Source of the DNA: Candidatus Woesearchaeota archaeon
Lineage (GTDB): Archaea > Nanobdellota > Nanobdellia > Woesearchaeales > JAZDKJ01
Assembly: GCA_043803105.1 (NCBI GenBank)
Contig: JAZDKJ010000006.1
Span: 1 to 64,000, forward strand
Length of the DNA: 64,000 nucleotides
Direction: 5' to 3'
The position numbers were made by a program, and so were the translations under genes. How positions within the stretch are numbered: the first letter of the stretch is position 1; each line of letters begins with the position of its first letter. Positions 38,931-49,476 of this stretch are shown piece by piece. Under the pieces are notes generated by a model. The model saw only the letters and a program-made list of their open reading frames with translations, ran no database searches and was not told the DNA's origin.

Positions 38931-40145
38931 TCACATTGTTTGTTTGCTCTCCTGCGAGAAATATAGGCTCGACTGAACAAGCTCTTTCACGATTTCCAGG
39001 TCTGCTGCTTCAACCTTGTTCTTCAGTTGGCTTGCAGCCTTTGCCTTGGCCAGCCTTACGATTCCAACTACCAACCTGGGATTTACCTCAACTAGGAATT
39101 TCTTTTCATCTTTCTTAAGCTGCTTTGCAAACTCAACTACCTGAGCCTCAAATTCCTTTGGCAGTTCAACGTCTATTTGCCTTGCTTTCTGAATGTATTC
39201 TTTCATTAGTTTTTTGTCATGTTCATTTATGCTGATTTGCTGCTTCAGTATCCCTTTGGCTATCTCAACAAACTTGTTGATGTCAGGCTTCCTTATGAAA
39301 AATACCAGGTGAAACCTCGTCAATAGTGCAGCATCAAACGGTATCTCTTTCCTCAACTGTTCTGCGCTCTTCCCCAAAAAGTTTGAGTACCGAGGGTTTG
39401 CAGTTGCCAGAACGCTTACCCTTGCGTCAAATCTGTAGTGTTTTCCTGCCTTGTCATAAGTGACAAACCCCTTTTCCATTGCGTTGTAAAGTCCGCCTAC
39501 ATCAACCTTTTTCATGAGGTTAAGTTCATCAATCAATGCCATGCCCTTGTCAGCCAGCGGTAATATTCCCTTTTGCACTGCCTTTCCCTGCACTGTTACT
39601 GTCAAACCCACTCCGCTCATTCCAGAGCCAAGCCCAAACTCTGCTATGGGCGCTATCTCTTGACAGCTTCTCAAGATCTCTGTTTTTCCTGTTCCTGGGT
39701 CTCCTATCATCAATATGTTGATCTGCTCTTTAGAGCATAGCTGCAGAAACGCAGCGTCCTTTGCTGCCTCCAGCCCTACAATACCGCTTGCAATGAACTT
39801 TCTCGAATTTATGGTGATGTTCTTGGTGATCTCCTTGAAAACCCCTTCCTTTGCGTGTCTTTCGCTCTTGCCGTTGATTGTCTCTGCCGCCTCCATCGTT
39901 TCTTTGTCGTGGGCAGATATATCCACAGTTGGGAAGCTTCTATCGCCTATAAAATTCAAGCCTAGTTTTGCAGAGCTTATCCTGAGTTTTCCGTCCTTGA
40001 GACTGGCCTTTAGCGTTTTTAGCTCTGCTAGATTTAACAATTCCTTGAATTGGCCGAGAGCCAGGTTGTTCTCCTGTGACAAAGGGAACATTCTTTTGAT
40101 GTAATCGACTATTCTTGTCATGATGCTGCCAAAGCGCTTCTTCAT
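38931..40145 (-). CDS. MCM-family AAA+ ATPase lacking the canonical N-terminal domain
   Basis: GDPGTGKT, SGVGLT, LADKG..IDE, AMEKG, ATANP, LLTRF, NPRL. Confidence 0.85.
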   Translation of the reverse strand: MKKRFGSIMTRIVDYIKRMFPLSQENNLALGQFKELLNLAELKTLKASLKDGKLRISSAKLGLNFIGDRSFPTVDISAHDKETMEAAETINGKSERHAKEGVFKEITKNITINSRKFIASGIVGLEAAKDAAFLQLCSKEQINILMIGDPGTGKTEILRSCQEIAPIAEFGLGSGMSGVGLTVTVQGKAVQKGILPLADKGMALIDELNLMKKVDVGGLYNAMEKGFVTYDKAGKHYRFDARVSVLATANPRYSNFLGKSAEQLRKEIPFDAALLTRFHLVFFIRKPDINKFVEIAKGILKQQISINEHDKKLMKEYIQKARQIDVELPKEFEAQVVEFAKQLKKDEKKFLVEVNPRLVVGIVRLAKAKAASQLKNKVEAADLEIVKELVQSSLYFSQESKQTM

Positions 40146-40208
40146 ATAAATTTTTGGTTTATTATGCCAAGGGAAAGATTTATATAAGCATCATCCTCGT
40201 GAAAACAC

Positions 40209-40754
40209 ATGATTATTCAGGTAAAAACTGATATTCTTGCTGTGCTGAATCAGGCTGCGGAGGACATTTCAAAACGAGACCTCGCAGCCCTTTCTAGCCT
40301 GAGTAACCACACAATTCATAATGCCTCCATTTTTCAGGATGAGGACTCAGTTACCGTCGCTGTAGTGGTTTATGCCCTTTCCAAGGTCCTGGCACGGGAA
40401 CACATGTCTATAGATGAAGATATCATCAGCAAACTGGAAAAGGCGTCAGATTTCCTTTCCGAGGACAACCTCAGAAAATACAAAGACTGCATGCACGACA
40501 TTACGAAGCTTATTTCCGGTGTAGACGACAAGCTCAAGCTGTACATAGAGGAGGTCATAAGGCAGGCACAGATAAGGAAAGGCTCCAAGATATACGAGCA
40601 TGGAATTTCCCTTGCACGTGCTTCAGAGATGCTTGGCATTTCGCAGTGGGAGCTGATGGGTTATGTTGGTAACACCCAGTTTGTTGATAGGACTGAAAAA
40701 CTTAGAAGAGAGCGTGCCCGCCTGGCCTTCGCACGGAGGTTGTTTAGGATATGA
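40209..40754 (+). CDS. Hypothetical protein with C-terminal HTH (UPF0175-like)
   Basis: GISLARASEMLGISQWEL. Confidence 0.7.
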   Translation: MIIQVKTDILAVLNQAAEDISKRDLAALSSLSNHTIHNASIFQDEDSVTVAVVVYALSKVLAREHMSIDEDIISKLEKASDFLSEDNLRKYKDCMHDITKLISGVDDKLKLYIEEVIRQAQIRKGSKIYEHGISLARASEMLGISQWELMGYVGNTQFVDRTEKLRRERARLAFARRLFRI

Positions 40755-41440
40755 GGAGCATTGTTTTTGACGCTAGCCCGGTAATAAGCCTCGCCATGAA
40801 TAACCTTCTCTGGGTTCTGCAGCCGCTCAAGGACTATTTTGGCGGTGATTTTAAGATAACGCCAGTTGTTGTGGACGAGCTTTTTGAGAAGCCGCTTCGC
40901 ACCAAGAAATTTAAGTTCGAGGCTTTGCAGATAAACCGTTTGATAAAGGCAAACACTCTCGCAATCGAAAATCAGGAAAAAATTGTCTCCCTGTCCAAGC
41001 AGCTTCTTCTTATAGCGAACAGCATTTACTCAGCCAAAGGTCATTCTATTCAGATAGTTCATCCCGGAGAGATGGAGTCTCTTGCTGCATGCATTGTCTT
41101 GGGTTCCGAGGCCTTGGTTGTGGATGAGCGCACTACAAGGAAATTGATTGAAGAGCCTTTGGCCTTAAAAAAAATCTTGGAAAAAAAGCTGCATACCTCG
41201 ATAGATATCGACGAACAGAATCTTAACAAGTGGAAATCCGTCGTTTCAGTGAAAGTCTTGCGTTCCTTCGAGCTTCTGGTCATTGCCTATGAGCTTGGTT
41301 TTTTGAACGAGTACAAGCCATCTTCTCCAAATGCTGATCAAGTGCTGCTCGAAGCTGTCCTCTGGGGATTGAAGCTCGAGGGCTGTGCAGTTTCAGAAGA
41401 AGAGATTGACTCTACAATTGTCTCAGAATCTCGTCGCTAA
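40751..41440 (+). CDS. PIN-domain-like protein
   Basis: IVFDASPVI, V.DE, GEME.LA, VDE; ATGA overlap with the HTH gene. Confidence 0.7.
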   Translation: MRSIVFDASPVISLAMNNLLWVLQPLKDYFGGDFKITPVVVDELFEKPLRTKKFKFEALQINRLIKANTLAIENQEKIVSLSKQLLLIANSIYSAKGHSIQIVHPGEMESLAACIVLGSEALVVDERTTRKLIEEPLALKKILEKKLHTSIDIDEQNLNKWKSVVSVKVLRSFELLVIAYELGFLNEYKPSSPNADQVLLEAVLWGLKLEGCAVSEEEIDSTIVSESRR

Positions 41441-41567
41441 AGCAAGCTCCCAGCTACCAATCTTGACGAGAATATCTCATCTTTCAGACGAAAAGTTTAT
41501 AAACAAGTGCAATCATAGTCAAGATTCGGGGGAAATAATCCCAAAAAAAATGAGGAGGTAGACGATA

Positions 41568-41801
41568 ATGGCAAAAAAAGTTGCTAAAGTCGGAGTAAAG
41601 AAACAAAAAGGTTGGCTTTACTTTGTTGACAAAGGAGGAAATATTTCTCGTGCCCTGATGGCAAGAGGCGGCAAGAAGAAGGGCATGGTAAAGAAGAAGG
41701 AACTAGTCGCCAAAGTTGGCGTCAAGAAAGAAAACGGCTATCTATACTTTGTAGATAAACAAGGCGACATCTCCATGGCCAAGATGGCACGCGGAAGATA
41801 A
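41568..41801 (+). CDS. Small basic two-repeat protein, putative nucleic-acid binding
   Basis: VAKVGVKK..G[WY]LYFVDK.G.IS.A.MARG occurs twice; SD GAGGAGGT; poly-T after the stop. Confidence 0.85.
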   Translation: MAKKVAKVGVKKQKGWLYFVDKGGNISRALMARGGKKKGMVKKKELVAKVGVKKENGYLYFVDKQGDISMAKMARGR

Positions 41802-41804
41802 GCC

Positions 41805-41821
41805 TTTTTTTCTTTTTTTTT
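41805..41821 (+). terminator. Archaeal oligo-T terminator
   Basis: Run of T residues interrupted by one C, immediately after the stop. Confidence 0.55.
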
Positions 41822-41860
41822 CCCATAAACTTAATAAAAGTCTAGGTTTAGTTGTTCTCC

Positions 41861-42322
41861 ATGCAATTGCTTCTGGTCGCATTCAAGTACAAAAAGAAAC
41901 AGAATATTTCTAAGGCAGTGGCAGAAGCGCTGAATTTCCCAAGAGATATACTTTATGACCACCACGATATCGGACCGTTGATAGCCATAATCAAAAGAAC
42001 CAATCCGGAGTTTGTTCTCGGTATGGGACAGTCAAAGAGAGGTAAGTTGATTCGCATCGAAAGAAAAGCAAAGGATATCCTTGTCTCAAAAGGCAAGGTG
42101 ATATCAAAAGGTAAGCAAAAGCTAAGTTCCACCTGGAAGCTGCCAATGGTTAAAGGCACCAGGATTTGTTATCATGGAGGAAGTCACCTCTGTAACTACA
42201 CATTTTTTAGGCTTCTGCAGGAATTCGAGAAAAGACCGAGGATTGCGTTTTTGCACATCCCGAAAACTTTGTCAAAAGAAAAAGCAACAGCAATCGTTAT
42301 GAGGATTCTTGCTGAGGCTTGA
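41861..42322 (+). CDS. Pyroglutamyl-peptidase I-like protein
   Basis: VLGMG, IRIER.A, G.HLCN, FLHIP (E/C/H triad). Confidence 0.75.
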   Translation: MQLLLVAFKYKKKQNISKAVAEALNFPRDILYDHHDIGPLIAIIKRTNPEFVLGMGQSKRGKLIRIERKAKDILVSKGKVISKGKQKLSSTWKLPMVKGTRICYHGGSHLCNYTFFRLLQEFEKRPRIAFLHIPKTLSKEKATAIVMRILAEA

Positions 42323-42836
42323 TAAGTGCTTTCCAATTCCTTTTGTAGTTAGCAAGTTTTTTCTCAAAAACACTTCTTGGCGTCTCACTTAACCCAAGCT
42401 CGCCCAGCCCTTCTCTTAGCTGTTTCAATACCATATCCTTATCTTTATGGCTGCAAAGCCTCTCCAGTTCGATTATGTGTCCGTATCCCTGTGTGTGGTC
42501 AAGGCTTACGTCTATTTTTTTCCATTTGTAGTGAAGTCTTTTCCTTAGCCATTTCACTTCTGTTTTAAATCCTAGTTTGTTTAGGATTTGATTCATTTTG
42601 TTAAAGTCCTGTCTTGAGAATCTCACTTCAAGCTCTTCCCTTTGGTTGTCATGGATATTTCCGCTTTTTAGCCATATCTTGCCATAATACCTGTTCCTTT
42701 GTGTGCGCAAATCCTTTCCCTTGAAATAGTATGTCTCTTGGAAATCATCGCTTTTAAGGAATCTGTAGAGCTGTTTCTTTAGCTCTTGGTATTTCCTTTT
42801 GGTTAGCAGGCTTCTGATTTCTACTTCTATAGCCAT
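42297..42836 (-). CDS. CYTH-domain protein
   Basis: IEVEIR, Q.TYY, REELEV, IIELE. Confidence 0.82.
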   Translation of the reverse strand: MAIEVEIRSLLTKRKYQELKKQLYRFLKSDDFQETYYFKGKDLRTQRNRYYGKIWLKSGNIHDNQREELEVRFSRQDFNKMNQILNKLGFKTEVKWLRKRLHYKWKKIDVSLDHTQGYGHIIELERLCSHKDKDMVLKQLREGLGELGLSETPRSVFEKKLANYKRNWKALIKPQQESS

Positions 42837-42911
42837 AAAGTTCGCAAAGGCCGCTTTGTCTAATAAATCTTTGCAACAAAATTTATATAAGCACTGTGCT
42901 TCTCTGCAGAC

Positions 42912-44447
42912 ATGGTTAAGGGCCTTGTGGTCAGTGGTGAGTTTGGCAAGATTTTGGTTCGTGAGAAGTCAGGTGCTGCCTTTGAGTTGGGCGAGCTCCT
43001 AATTGCCGATACCCCTGATTCTAAGTTCTTGCTGCAGGTCTATGACCTTGCTTACGGGTCCCAAGTCTCTCAATCTAACAGGGAGTTGGTTGCAGGAATG
43101 CACCTTGAAGAGAATTCTTCTTTTGAATTTCTTGATCCAGCCTTAAGAAATTACAATATGGCTTTGTTGAAGAACCTGCTCACCATCGGAAAAAATCATG
43201 TCAGCATCTCAAAGACACTGCCGATTTTTTTCTCTGAGGTGCGCGAGCTCGCTGCACAAGACATAAATTTCCTCACCAAGCCTAAGAATCCTCTTGTTAT
43301 CGGCAAGTTGCGCTCAGGTTCAAAAGTGCTCGATGTAGATGTTTGTCTTCCTGCTGATAAGGTTTTCGCGCACCATGTGCTCATAGCAGGAACTACTGGA
43401 AGAGGCAAAAGTGTTCTTATTAAGAATATTCTGTGGAGTGCGCTGCTCGACACATACTGTGGTATCCTTGTTCTTGATCCTCATGATGAGTATTATGGCA
43501 GGAACTCCATTGGCTTAAAGGATCATCCCAATTCCTCAAGGTTGATTTATTACACTCCAAAAAATGCCCCTGCAGGCGCAAGGACTATGCGTATCAACCT
43601 TGCTCTGTTAAAACCTCACCACTTTGCTGGTGTTGTTTATTGGTCTGATCCCCAGGAGCAGATGCTGACAAGTTTTTATCGGCATTACAGGGATAATTGG
43701 ATTGAGTCCCTGTTGCTCGACAACAAGCTACCTAGCGTGGAATTTGCTGAGGGCACGATAAATGTTGTCAAGCGCCGTTTGATGAACCTTCTTGGCTTGA
43801 GAGTTGTAGATGGGGCCCTCATTTGTGAAGGCATCTTTGACAAGACCTCTGGTTTAACCACCGTTGATGATATCTGCAAGGACCTTGAGGAGAGCAAGGT
43901 TGTAGTCCTTGATTCATCATCCCTTGCTGGTGATGTTGAGGTTTTGGTCGGTAGCCTTGTTGCCTCAGAGGTTTTTCACAGGTATAAGGAATACCGCACC
44001 AAGGGACAGAAGGATAAGCCAGTGATTTCCATAGTTTTGGAAGAAGCTCCTCGGGTCTTGGGTAAAGAGGTTTTGGAAAAAGGCCCTAACATTTTTTCTT
44101 CTATTGCTAGGGAAGGCAGAAAGTTTGGCGTGGGCATAACAGCCGTTACTCAGCTTCCCTCACTCATTCCGAGGGAGATTCTGGCAAATATCAACACAAA
44201 GATTATCCTTGGTATTGAGATGAAGCTTGAGCGGCAGGCAATCATTGAGTCTGCTTCCCAGGATTTGTCAGACGATGACCGAACTATCGCGTCTCTTGAC
44301 ACAGGCGAAGCCTTGGTAAGCAGCAACTTTGTTAAGTTTGCCACCCCCATAAAGATTCCGTTTTTTGAGGATCTGGTAAAGGAAAATCTGTCGTCAGGCC
44401 ATGCCGCAAAGAAAAGCTTTGCTGGCCTGAAAATGAGCTTTCAATAA
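42912..44447 (+). CDS. herA: HerA helicase/translocase
   Basis: HAS-like N-terminus, [32 protein letters not shown]. Confidence 0.9.
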   Translation: MVKGLVVSGEFGKILVREKSGAAFELGELLIADTPDSKFLLQVYDLAYGSQVSQSNRELVAGMHLEENSSFEFLDPALRNYNMALLKNLLTIGKNHVSISKTLPIFFSEVRELAAQDINFLTKPKNPLVIGKLRSGSKVLDVDVCLPADKVFAHHVLIAGTTGRGKSVLIKNILWSALLDTYCGILVLDPHDEYYGRNSIGLKDHPNSSRLIYYTPKNAPAGARTMRINLALLKPHHFAGVVYWSDPQEQMLTSFYRHYRDNWIESLLLDNKLPSVEFAEGTINVVKRRLMNLLGLRVVDGALICEGIFDKTSGLTTVDDICKDLEESKVVVLDSSSLAGDVEVLVGSLVASEVFHRYKEYRTKGQKDKPVISIVLEEAPRVLGKEVLEKGPNIFSSIAREGRKFGVGITAVTQLPSLIPREILANINTKIILGIEMKLERQAIIESASQDLSDDDRTIASLDTGEALVSSNFVKFATPIKIPFFEDLVKENLSSGHAAKKSFAGLKMSFQ

Positions 44448-44480
44448 GTTTTATATAACAGCTTTCTTTCTTGTGAAATA

Positions 44481-45677
44481 ATGAAATTTGCCCATCTTGC
44501 TGATTGTCACCTGGGTGCCTGGAGAGAACCCAAGTTAAGGGACCTTAATTTAAAGGCTTTTTCGAAGGCAATTGACCTTTGCATCAATGAGAAGGTTGAT
44601 TTTGTTGTCATTGCAGGCGACCTTTTCAACAATTCTTATCCAAGTCATGATAGTCTTATGTCGGCAGTAATCAAGCTTCGCGAGCTACGGGAAAAATCCA
44701 TTCCAGTCTATGTCATTGCTGGCAGCCATGATTTTTCTGCCACCGGGAAGACAATGATTGACGTCCTGGAAGAAGCAGGTTTGCTAGTGAATGTTGCTGC
44801 AGTCTCTATGAATGAAGGCAATCCAGTATTCAAGCTGACCTTGGATACTAAAACGGGCGTATTCCTTTGTGGCATTCCCGGACTAAAGGGGATGCTCGAC
44901 AAGAAGTATTACGAGTCCATTAAGCAATACGAGAACAAGCCTGGTTATAAGATTTTCCTGTTTCACACTACGCTTACCGAGCTGAAACCATCTGAACTAA
45001 AGGAAGCTGAGTCTTTGCCGCTATCTCTTCTGCCAAAGGGTTTTAGCTATTATGCAGGTGGTCATGTGCATTACGTCTTTGAAAAGACTGAACCAGGTTA
45101 TGGCACTATTGCCTTTCCAGGTCCAACATTTCCGAACAATATGAAAGAGGTTGAAGACCTTGGTCGAGGCGGTCTCTTTATAGTTGATAATGGAATTGCA
45201 AAATGGCACCCTATCCAGGTGCTCAACACTTTTGTCATCGACGTCGATTGTGATCATAAAAGCCCGCAGCAGGTGGAGTCAGCTATTGTTGAATTGTCTA
45301 AGAACAAAGAATTTAACGAGACCCTTGTTGCCTTGCGGCTTCACGGCACACTTGGTTCAGGTTCGCCGGCAGATATTGACTTTAAAAAGGTTTATGGTTT
45401 TCTATACGATAAATCCGCTTACTTTGTTATGAAGAACACAGCAAAACTGGCCTCCAAGGAATTTGTCCAGATAAACGTGGAGCACAAGTCTGTTGAGGAA
45501 ATGGAAGCTAAGCTTATTCGAGAGCATCTTGATCAAGTCAAGGGCCCTTCCAATGAACTGGAAGCCACAAAAGACCTTATGCATGCCTTGGGAAGGGAAA
45601 AGCCTGAAGGCGAGAAAGTCTCTGATTTTGAGTCAAGGATAGTCAAGGAATCCATGCATGCCTTGGACTTAGGTTAA
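44481..45677 (+). CDS. mre11: Mre11/SbcD nuclease
   Basis: ADCHLG, AGDLF, GSHD, GGHVH. Confidence 0.9.
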   Translation: MKFAHLADCHLGAWREPKLRDLNLKAFSKAIDLCINEKVDFVVIAGDLFNNSYPSHDSLMSAVIKLRELREKSIPVYVIAGSHDFSATGKTMIDVLEEAGLLVNVAAVSMNEGNPVFKLTLDTKTGVFLCGIPGLKGMLDKKYYESIKQYENKPGYKIFLFHTTLTELKPSELKEAESLPLSLLPKGFSYYAGGHVHYVFEKTEPGYGTIAFPGPTFPNNMKEVEDLGRGGLFIVDNGIAKWHPIQVLNTFVIDVDCDHKSPQQVESAIVELSKNKEFNETLVALRLHGTLGSGSPADIDFKKVYGFLYDKSAYFVMKNTAKLASKEFVQINVEHKSVEEMEAKLIREHLDQVKGPSNELEATKDLMHALGREKPEGEKVSDFESRIVKESMHALDLG

Positions 45678-45680
45678 AAA

Positions 45681-46619
45681 ATGAAGAGGTTACTGAAGCC
45701 TTTCAAGAGGCTTGGCAATAAGGAGAACTTTGTTCCAGTAAACGAGCTTGTCAAAGAGTTAAAGTCGAGGAGCATCGAGACTTGGTTCGACAGGTTGACA
45801 TTTTCGAGGATATTTCTTGCCTGGGCTTCAATTGTTGTCCTCTTTGGTTTGGTTTACTACTTTTTTGGCGGAAGCCATTCATTCCTTTATTACACGCAAA
45901 AGGCATCGCCTTCAAATTCTGTTCTGGACTACATATACTTCAGCTTCATTACCGCTACAACAACTGGCTTTGGTGACATAATCCCCTTTGGCTATTTCAA
46001 ACTGGTTGCCATCTTTGAAGTGATTTTTGGGCTCTTGCTCTTGGCTGTTGTCACCTCAAAGCTTGTTTCGATCAAGCAGGACATAATCCTAAATGAGATT
46101 TATGAAATATCTTTCAACGAGAGGATTAACCGCCTTCGCTCTTCTCTTTTGGTCTTCAGGCAGAACATCGGCAGGGTCTCCGAGAAAATCGAGGATAAGT
46201 CGATTCACAAGCGTGAAATCAATGATCTCTACGTTTACCTTTCCTCTCTTGAGGACACGCTAAACGACATGCTTGCCTTGCTTGGCGGTCCCGGCAAGAG
46301 CCGTTTCAAGAAGAGCCTCGACCCTTTGAATTCTGAGGTGCTCTTCAACAGCGTGCTGCAGTCTTTTGAGAAGATTATTGAGTTGATCAATAATGCTAAC
46401 CAGAACAAGCTTGAATGGCGTCGTGAGATAAATGTTGAGATGTTGAATAAGTGCATGTTGGTGAACGAATCGCTCTTTGCGAGGCTGAAGTCTTCACACA
46501 ATGTTGCAGACAAGATTGTTAACGACTTTGTTAACAAGAAGAACAGCCTTACAGAACAGTTAAAGAAGGAGCTGCCTGGCGAGCCACAATCTGAGCAGTC
46601 AAAGGATATCAAGAAATAG
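45681..46619 (+). CDS. Two-TM potassium channel family protein with helical C-terminal domain
   Basis: YFSFITATTTGFGDIIP pore/filter motif. Confidence 0.85.
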   Translation: MKRLLKPFKRLGNKENFVPVNELVKELKSRSIETWFDRLTFSRIFLAWASIVVLFGLVYYFFGGSHSFLYYTQKASPSNSVLDYIYFSFITATTTGFGDIIPFGYFKLVAIFEVIFGLLLLAVVTSKLVSIKQDIILNEIYEISFNERINRLRSSLLVFRQNIGRVSEKIEDKSIHKREINDLYVYLSSLEDTLNDMLALLGGPGKSRFKKSLDPLNSEVLFNSVLQSFEKIIELINNANQNKLEWRREINVEMLNKCMLVNESLFARLKSSHNVADKIVNDFVNKKNSLTEQLKKELPGEPQSEQSKDIKK

Positions 46620-46818
46620 AGTATTTGTTCAGGCACTTGCCGCAGATTCTGTACACCCGAACCTTGGTATTGTTGTTCACAACCACCCTGATGTATGGTG
46701 CCCTGGCCTTGCAAATATGGCATTTGCTGCTCTTGTTCAATGCGTTGTACAGCTTGTTTATCATGAGAGGTATTTCTTCTGTGTGAAAATCGATTACCTC
46801 CTTTCTTATTTTTACCAT
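46609..46818 (-). CDS. Small CxxC/CxxC zinc-binding protein
   Basis: CHIC...CGKC; begins right after the upstream stop. Confidence 0.55.
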   Translation of the reverse strand: MVKIRKEVIDFHTEEIPLMINKLYNALNKSSKCHICKARAPYIRVVVNNNTKVRVYRICGKCLNKYSIS

Positions 46819-46819
46819 C

Positions 46820-47482
46820 TTAAAGCCTCTTTGGCGGAATGAACCTGTTGTTTGGGTTCCTCGGGAGTATTGGTTGTTGGTTCAAGTGCCGTTGCGGCAT
46901 TTCCCCAGGGAATATTGCTGGTTGGTTCACAGGCCTTTGTGGCATTTCGTCTTCATCATATGTTTTTGGATTAGGCAATTTTCTGTCGATTAATTCCACA
47001 AAGTAATAGAAGAGAGGAAAGAATACAATTACTGCAATTATTGCGTTCCAATCTAGTAAGGTGGCCCCATAGTAGATTGGTGTCAGCATCAGCGCAAAGT
47101 ATGTTACCACCCTTATCCTGCCGATGTAATGGGTCACCTTCTTCACCCTTATTCCAAGTATGACTATTGAAAGCCCGTAGGCTATCATCAAGCCGGAGAA
47201 TCCCATCTTGGTCCAGAAAAGCGAATTGAGCGAAATGGTCTTGCTTTGCAGCATTGTGTATGTGGTTTTGCTCCAGTCTATCCCGACCCATAATGGCACA
47301 AAGCCGTTTGATATTGCATTGCCTAGTGATGTTCCCTTTTTTTCTTGATAGAATTCTGTGAATATCCAGTTGAGGTATATTGGGATTATCAGCCACAATA
47401 GCTCAAAGTTTCTTGCTGGTGCGGTGAACAGCCCAATCCATTTTTCAAATAGGAGCCACAAGTAATCGAGCGCTGCTATCAT
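46820..47482 (-). CDS. Membrane hypothetical protein
   Basis: Several TMs and a Pro/Gln-rich tail. Confidence 0.75.
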   Translation of the reverse strand: MIAALDYLWLLFEKWIGLFTAPARNFELLWLIIPIYLNWIFTEFYQEKKGTSLGNAISNGFVPLWVGIDWSKTTYTMLQSKTISLNSLFWTKMGFSGLMIAYGLSIVILGIRVKKVTHYIGRIRVVTYFALMLTPIYYGATLLDWNAIIAVIVFFPLFYYFVELIDRKLPNPKTYDEDEMPQRPVNQPAIFPGEMPQRHLNQQPILPRNPNNRFIPPKRL

Positions 47483-47520
47483 GCCTTAGTCTCCTGCCTT
47501 GCCTGTTATTAAAGTTTTGC

Positions 47521-48006
47521 CTAACAGCTATTGAATATTATCTGTGAGGATGCCATTTTCTTGTAGAACTTGTATTCAGGCATCCTTCGCGGTGCATCAG
47601 AAAATATCTTGTCTAATCCTGTCCACGTTGTGAACCAGCCTCCGGGCTCGAAAACCACAAGGAGGAATTTGTTTATGAGCCCTTCGAAGTTGGATATTAG
47701 TGCTGCCACGAATATCATGCATATTCCTATTATTGCCCAGGCCCATCCCTGTCTCTTGATGGCTTTTTGTTCTATCTCCTTTTGGATGAAGTGCTTCTGG
47801 AAATGCTCCATCAGCCTGTGCCGTATGTGTTCTTCATCCGTTGCTCGTCTCTTTCTTCCAGGCACCAGGAATCTAAGTTCAAGGTCATACCCCTTGTCTA
47901 TTGATGCTTTCCTGCACTCGTTAAGGAAGTCGTCAGATAGCGCTCGCTCCGAGTACGGCCTTGGGTCAAAGTCAGAGAATATGTCATCGTAGGATTCAAG
48001 GATCAT
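47521..48006 (-). CDS. Membrane hypothetical protein
   Basis: YDDIFSDFDPRP..R.LS.DF motif and two TMs; start may lie slightly upstream. Confidence 0.75.
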   Translation of the reverse strand: MILESYDDIFSDFDPRPYSERALSDDFLNECRKASIDKGYDLELRFLVPGRKRRATDEEHIRHRLMEHFQKHFIQKEIEQKAIKRQGWAWAIIGICMIFVAALISNFEGLINKFLLVVFEPGGWFTTWTGLDKIFSDAPRRMPEYKFYKKMASSQIIFNSC

Positions 48007-48066
48007 GCTAATGTTTCCTTGCCTTAGCCTGTTTATCTCGTACTTAGCCTCTTTTTTCAGTTTGCT

Positions 48067-49476
48067 TCACCTCTTTAGTAGTCGCTTCATAGTCTCGTTG
48101 ACCTCTTTTGGCGCTGCCTGGCCCTTTGTTTTTTGCATGACCTTCCCGATAAGGAAATTGAATGACTTGTCGTTGCCTGCCAGATACTCCTGCACCGCTG
48201 TCTGGTTCTCTGCTAGTATCTCTTTGCAGATTCTGTCTATGAAATTTGTGTCGAAGACAGCTTCAAGCCCCTGGCTTTTCACAAACTCCTTTACATCAAA
48301 GGGCTTTTCCATCAGTTTTTCCATTATGCCCTGCGCAGTTGTTTCAGTGATTTTCTTTTGCTCAAGGAGTAAAAGAAGCTCGATTAGGTGTTTCTCATCG
48401 ATTTCCAGTCCCTCCCAGCTTTTCTTGGAATAGTTCATCACCCTTGTGAGTTCTCTTCGTAGCCATTTTGCCGCAAGAATTGGGTCCACTTTTTCCGCCA
48501 CTTTCTCGAACAGCTCTGCCATCTGCTTTTCTGCTGCGATTATTTCTGCATCCTCTTTCTTCAGCTTGTGCTCTTTGACATATCTTTTTACCTTTTCTGC
48601 TGCAAGCTCAGGCATCTTGATTTTTCCTATCCAATCTTCTGTGATTTGTATTATTGTAAGGTCTGGTTCGATTATGTAGCCGTAATCCTCTTCTGTTTCC
48701 TTGCTCCGAAGTGAGAAACTCACGCCTTGTTCTGAGTCCCATGCCCTGGTTTCCTGCCTGATATTCTTCCCTTCAGACACCTCTTGTTTTTGCCTTTCCA
48801 CCTCATACTTTAGCGCCCGCTCAATCTCCTTGAATCCGCTGATGTTCTTTAATTCAGTCCTTACGTAGCCAGTTTCCTTTATTGATACGTTGGCATCTGC
48901 CTTGATTATGCACGTGTTGACATTGAAGATTTCAAGGTAGTTTAGGATTTCAATCAGCACTTTCATGAATTCCCTTGCCTCCTCAGCGCTGTTAAGCTCA
49001 GGTTCGGTCACTACCTCAACCAATGGATCTCCGCTCCTGTTGTAGTCCACCAGCACATAGCTTGATTTTTGCATTCCTGAGGGATGCACGAGTGCTGCTG
49101 GGTCTTCTTCCATGTGTATCCTTGTTATTCCTATCTCCTTTCCTGTCTTAAGGCTTATTGCTCCTTTTGTGGCAAGTGGTATCTCGTATTGTGATATTTG
49201 GTAGTTCTTGCTCATGTCAGGGTAAAAGTATGATTTTCTCGAGAATATGAGTTCCTTGTTGATCTTGCATCCTAACGCCTTTGCAAGCTTTATTGCATGG
49301 TTTATTGCCTCCTTGTTTATCGCAGGTTTTGAACCTGGGTGGCCGAGGCACACCTGGCATGTCCGTGTGTTTGGCTCTTCACTTCCAGTCCTGGGGCATC
49401 CGCAGAACAGCTTTGTTTTTGTTTGTAGCTCAACGTGGCATTCCATCCCGATTACAACATCCTGCGTGAATTTCAT
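48067..49476 (-). CDS. gatB: Asp/Glu-tRNA amidotransferase subunit B
   Basis: IGMECHVEL, RKSYFYPD, HMEED, DYNRSG, Yqey-like tail. Confidence 0.95.
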   Translation of the reverse strand: MKFTQDVVIGMECHVELQTKTKLFCGCPRTGSEEPNTRTCQVCLGHPGSKPAINKEAINHAIKLAKALGCKINKELIFSRKSYFYPDMSKNYQISQYEIPLATKGAISLKTGKEIGITRIHMEEDPAALVHPSGMQKSSYVLVDYNRSGDPLVEVVTEPELNSAEEAREFMKVLIEILNYLEIFNVNTCIIKADANVSIKETGYVRTELKNISGFKEIERALKYEVERQKQEVSEGKNIRQETRAWDSEQGVSFSLRSKETEEDYGYIIEPDLTIIQITEDWIGKIKMPELAAEKVKRYVKEHKLKKEDAEIIAAEKQMAELFEKVAEKVDPILAAKWLRRELTRVMNYSKKSWEGLEIDEKHLIELLLLLEQKKITETTAQGIMEKLMEKPFDVKEFVKSQGLEAVFDTNFIDRICKEILAENQTAVQEYLAGNDKSFNFLIGKVMQKTKGQAAPKEVNETMKRLLKR

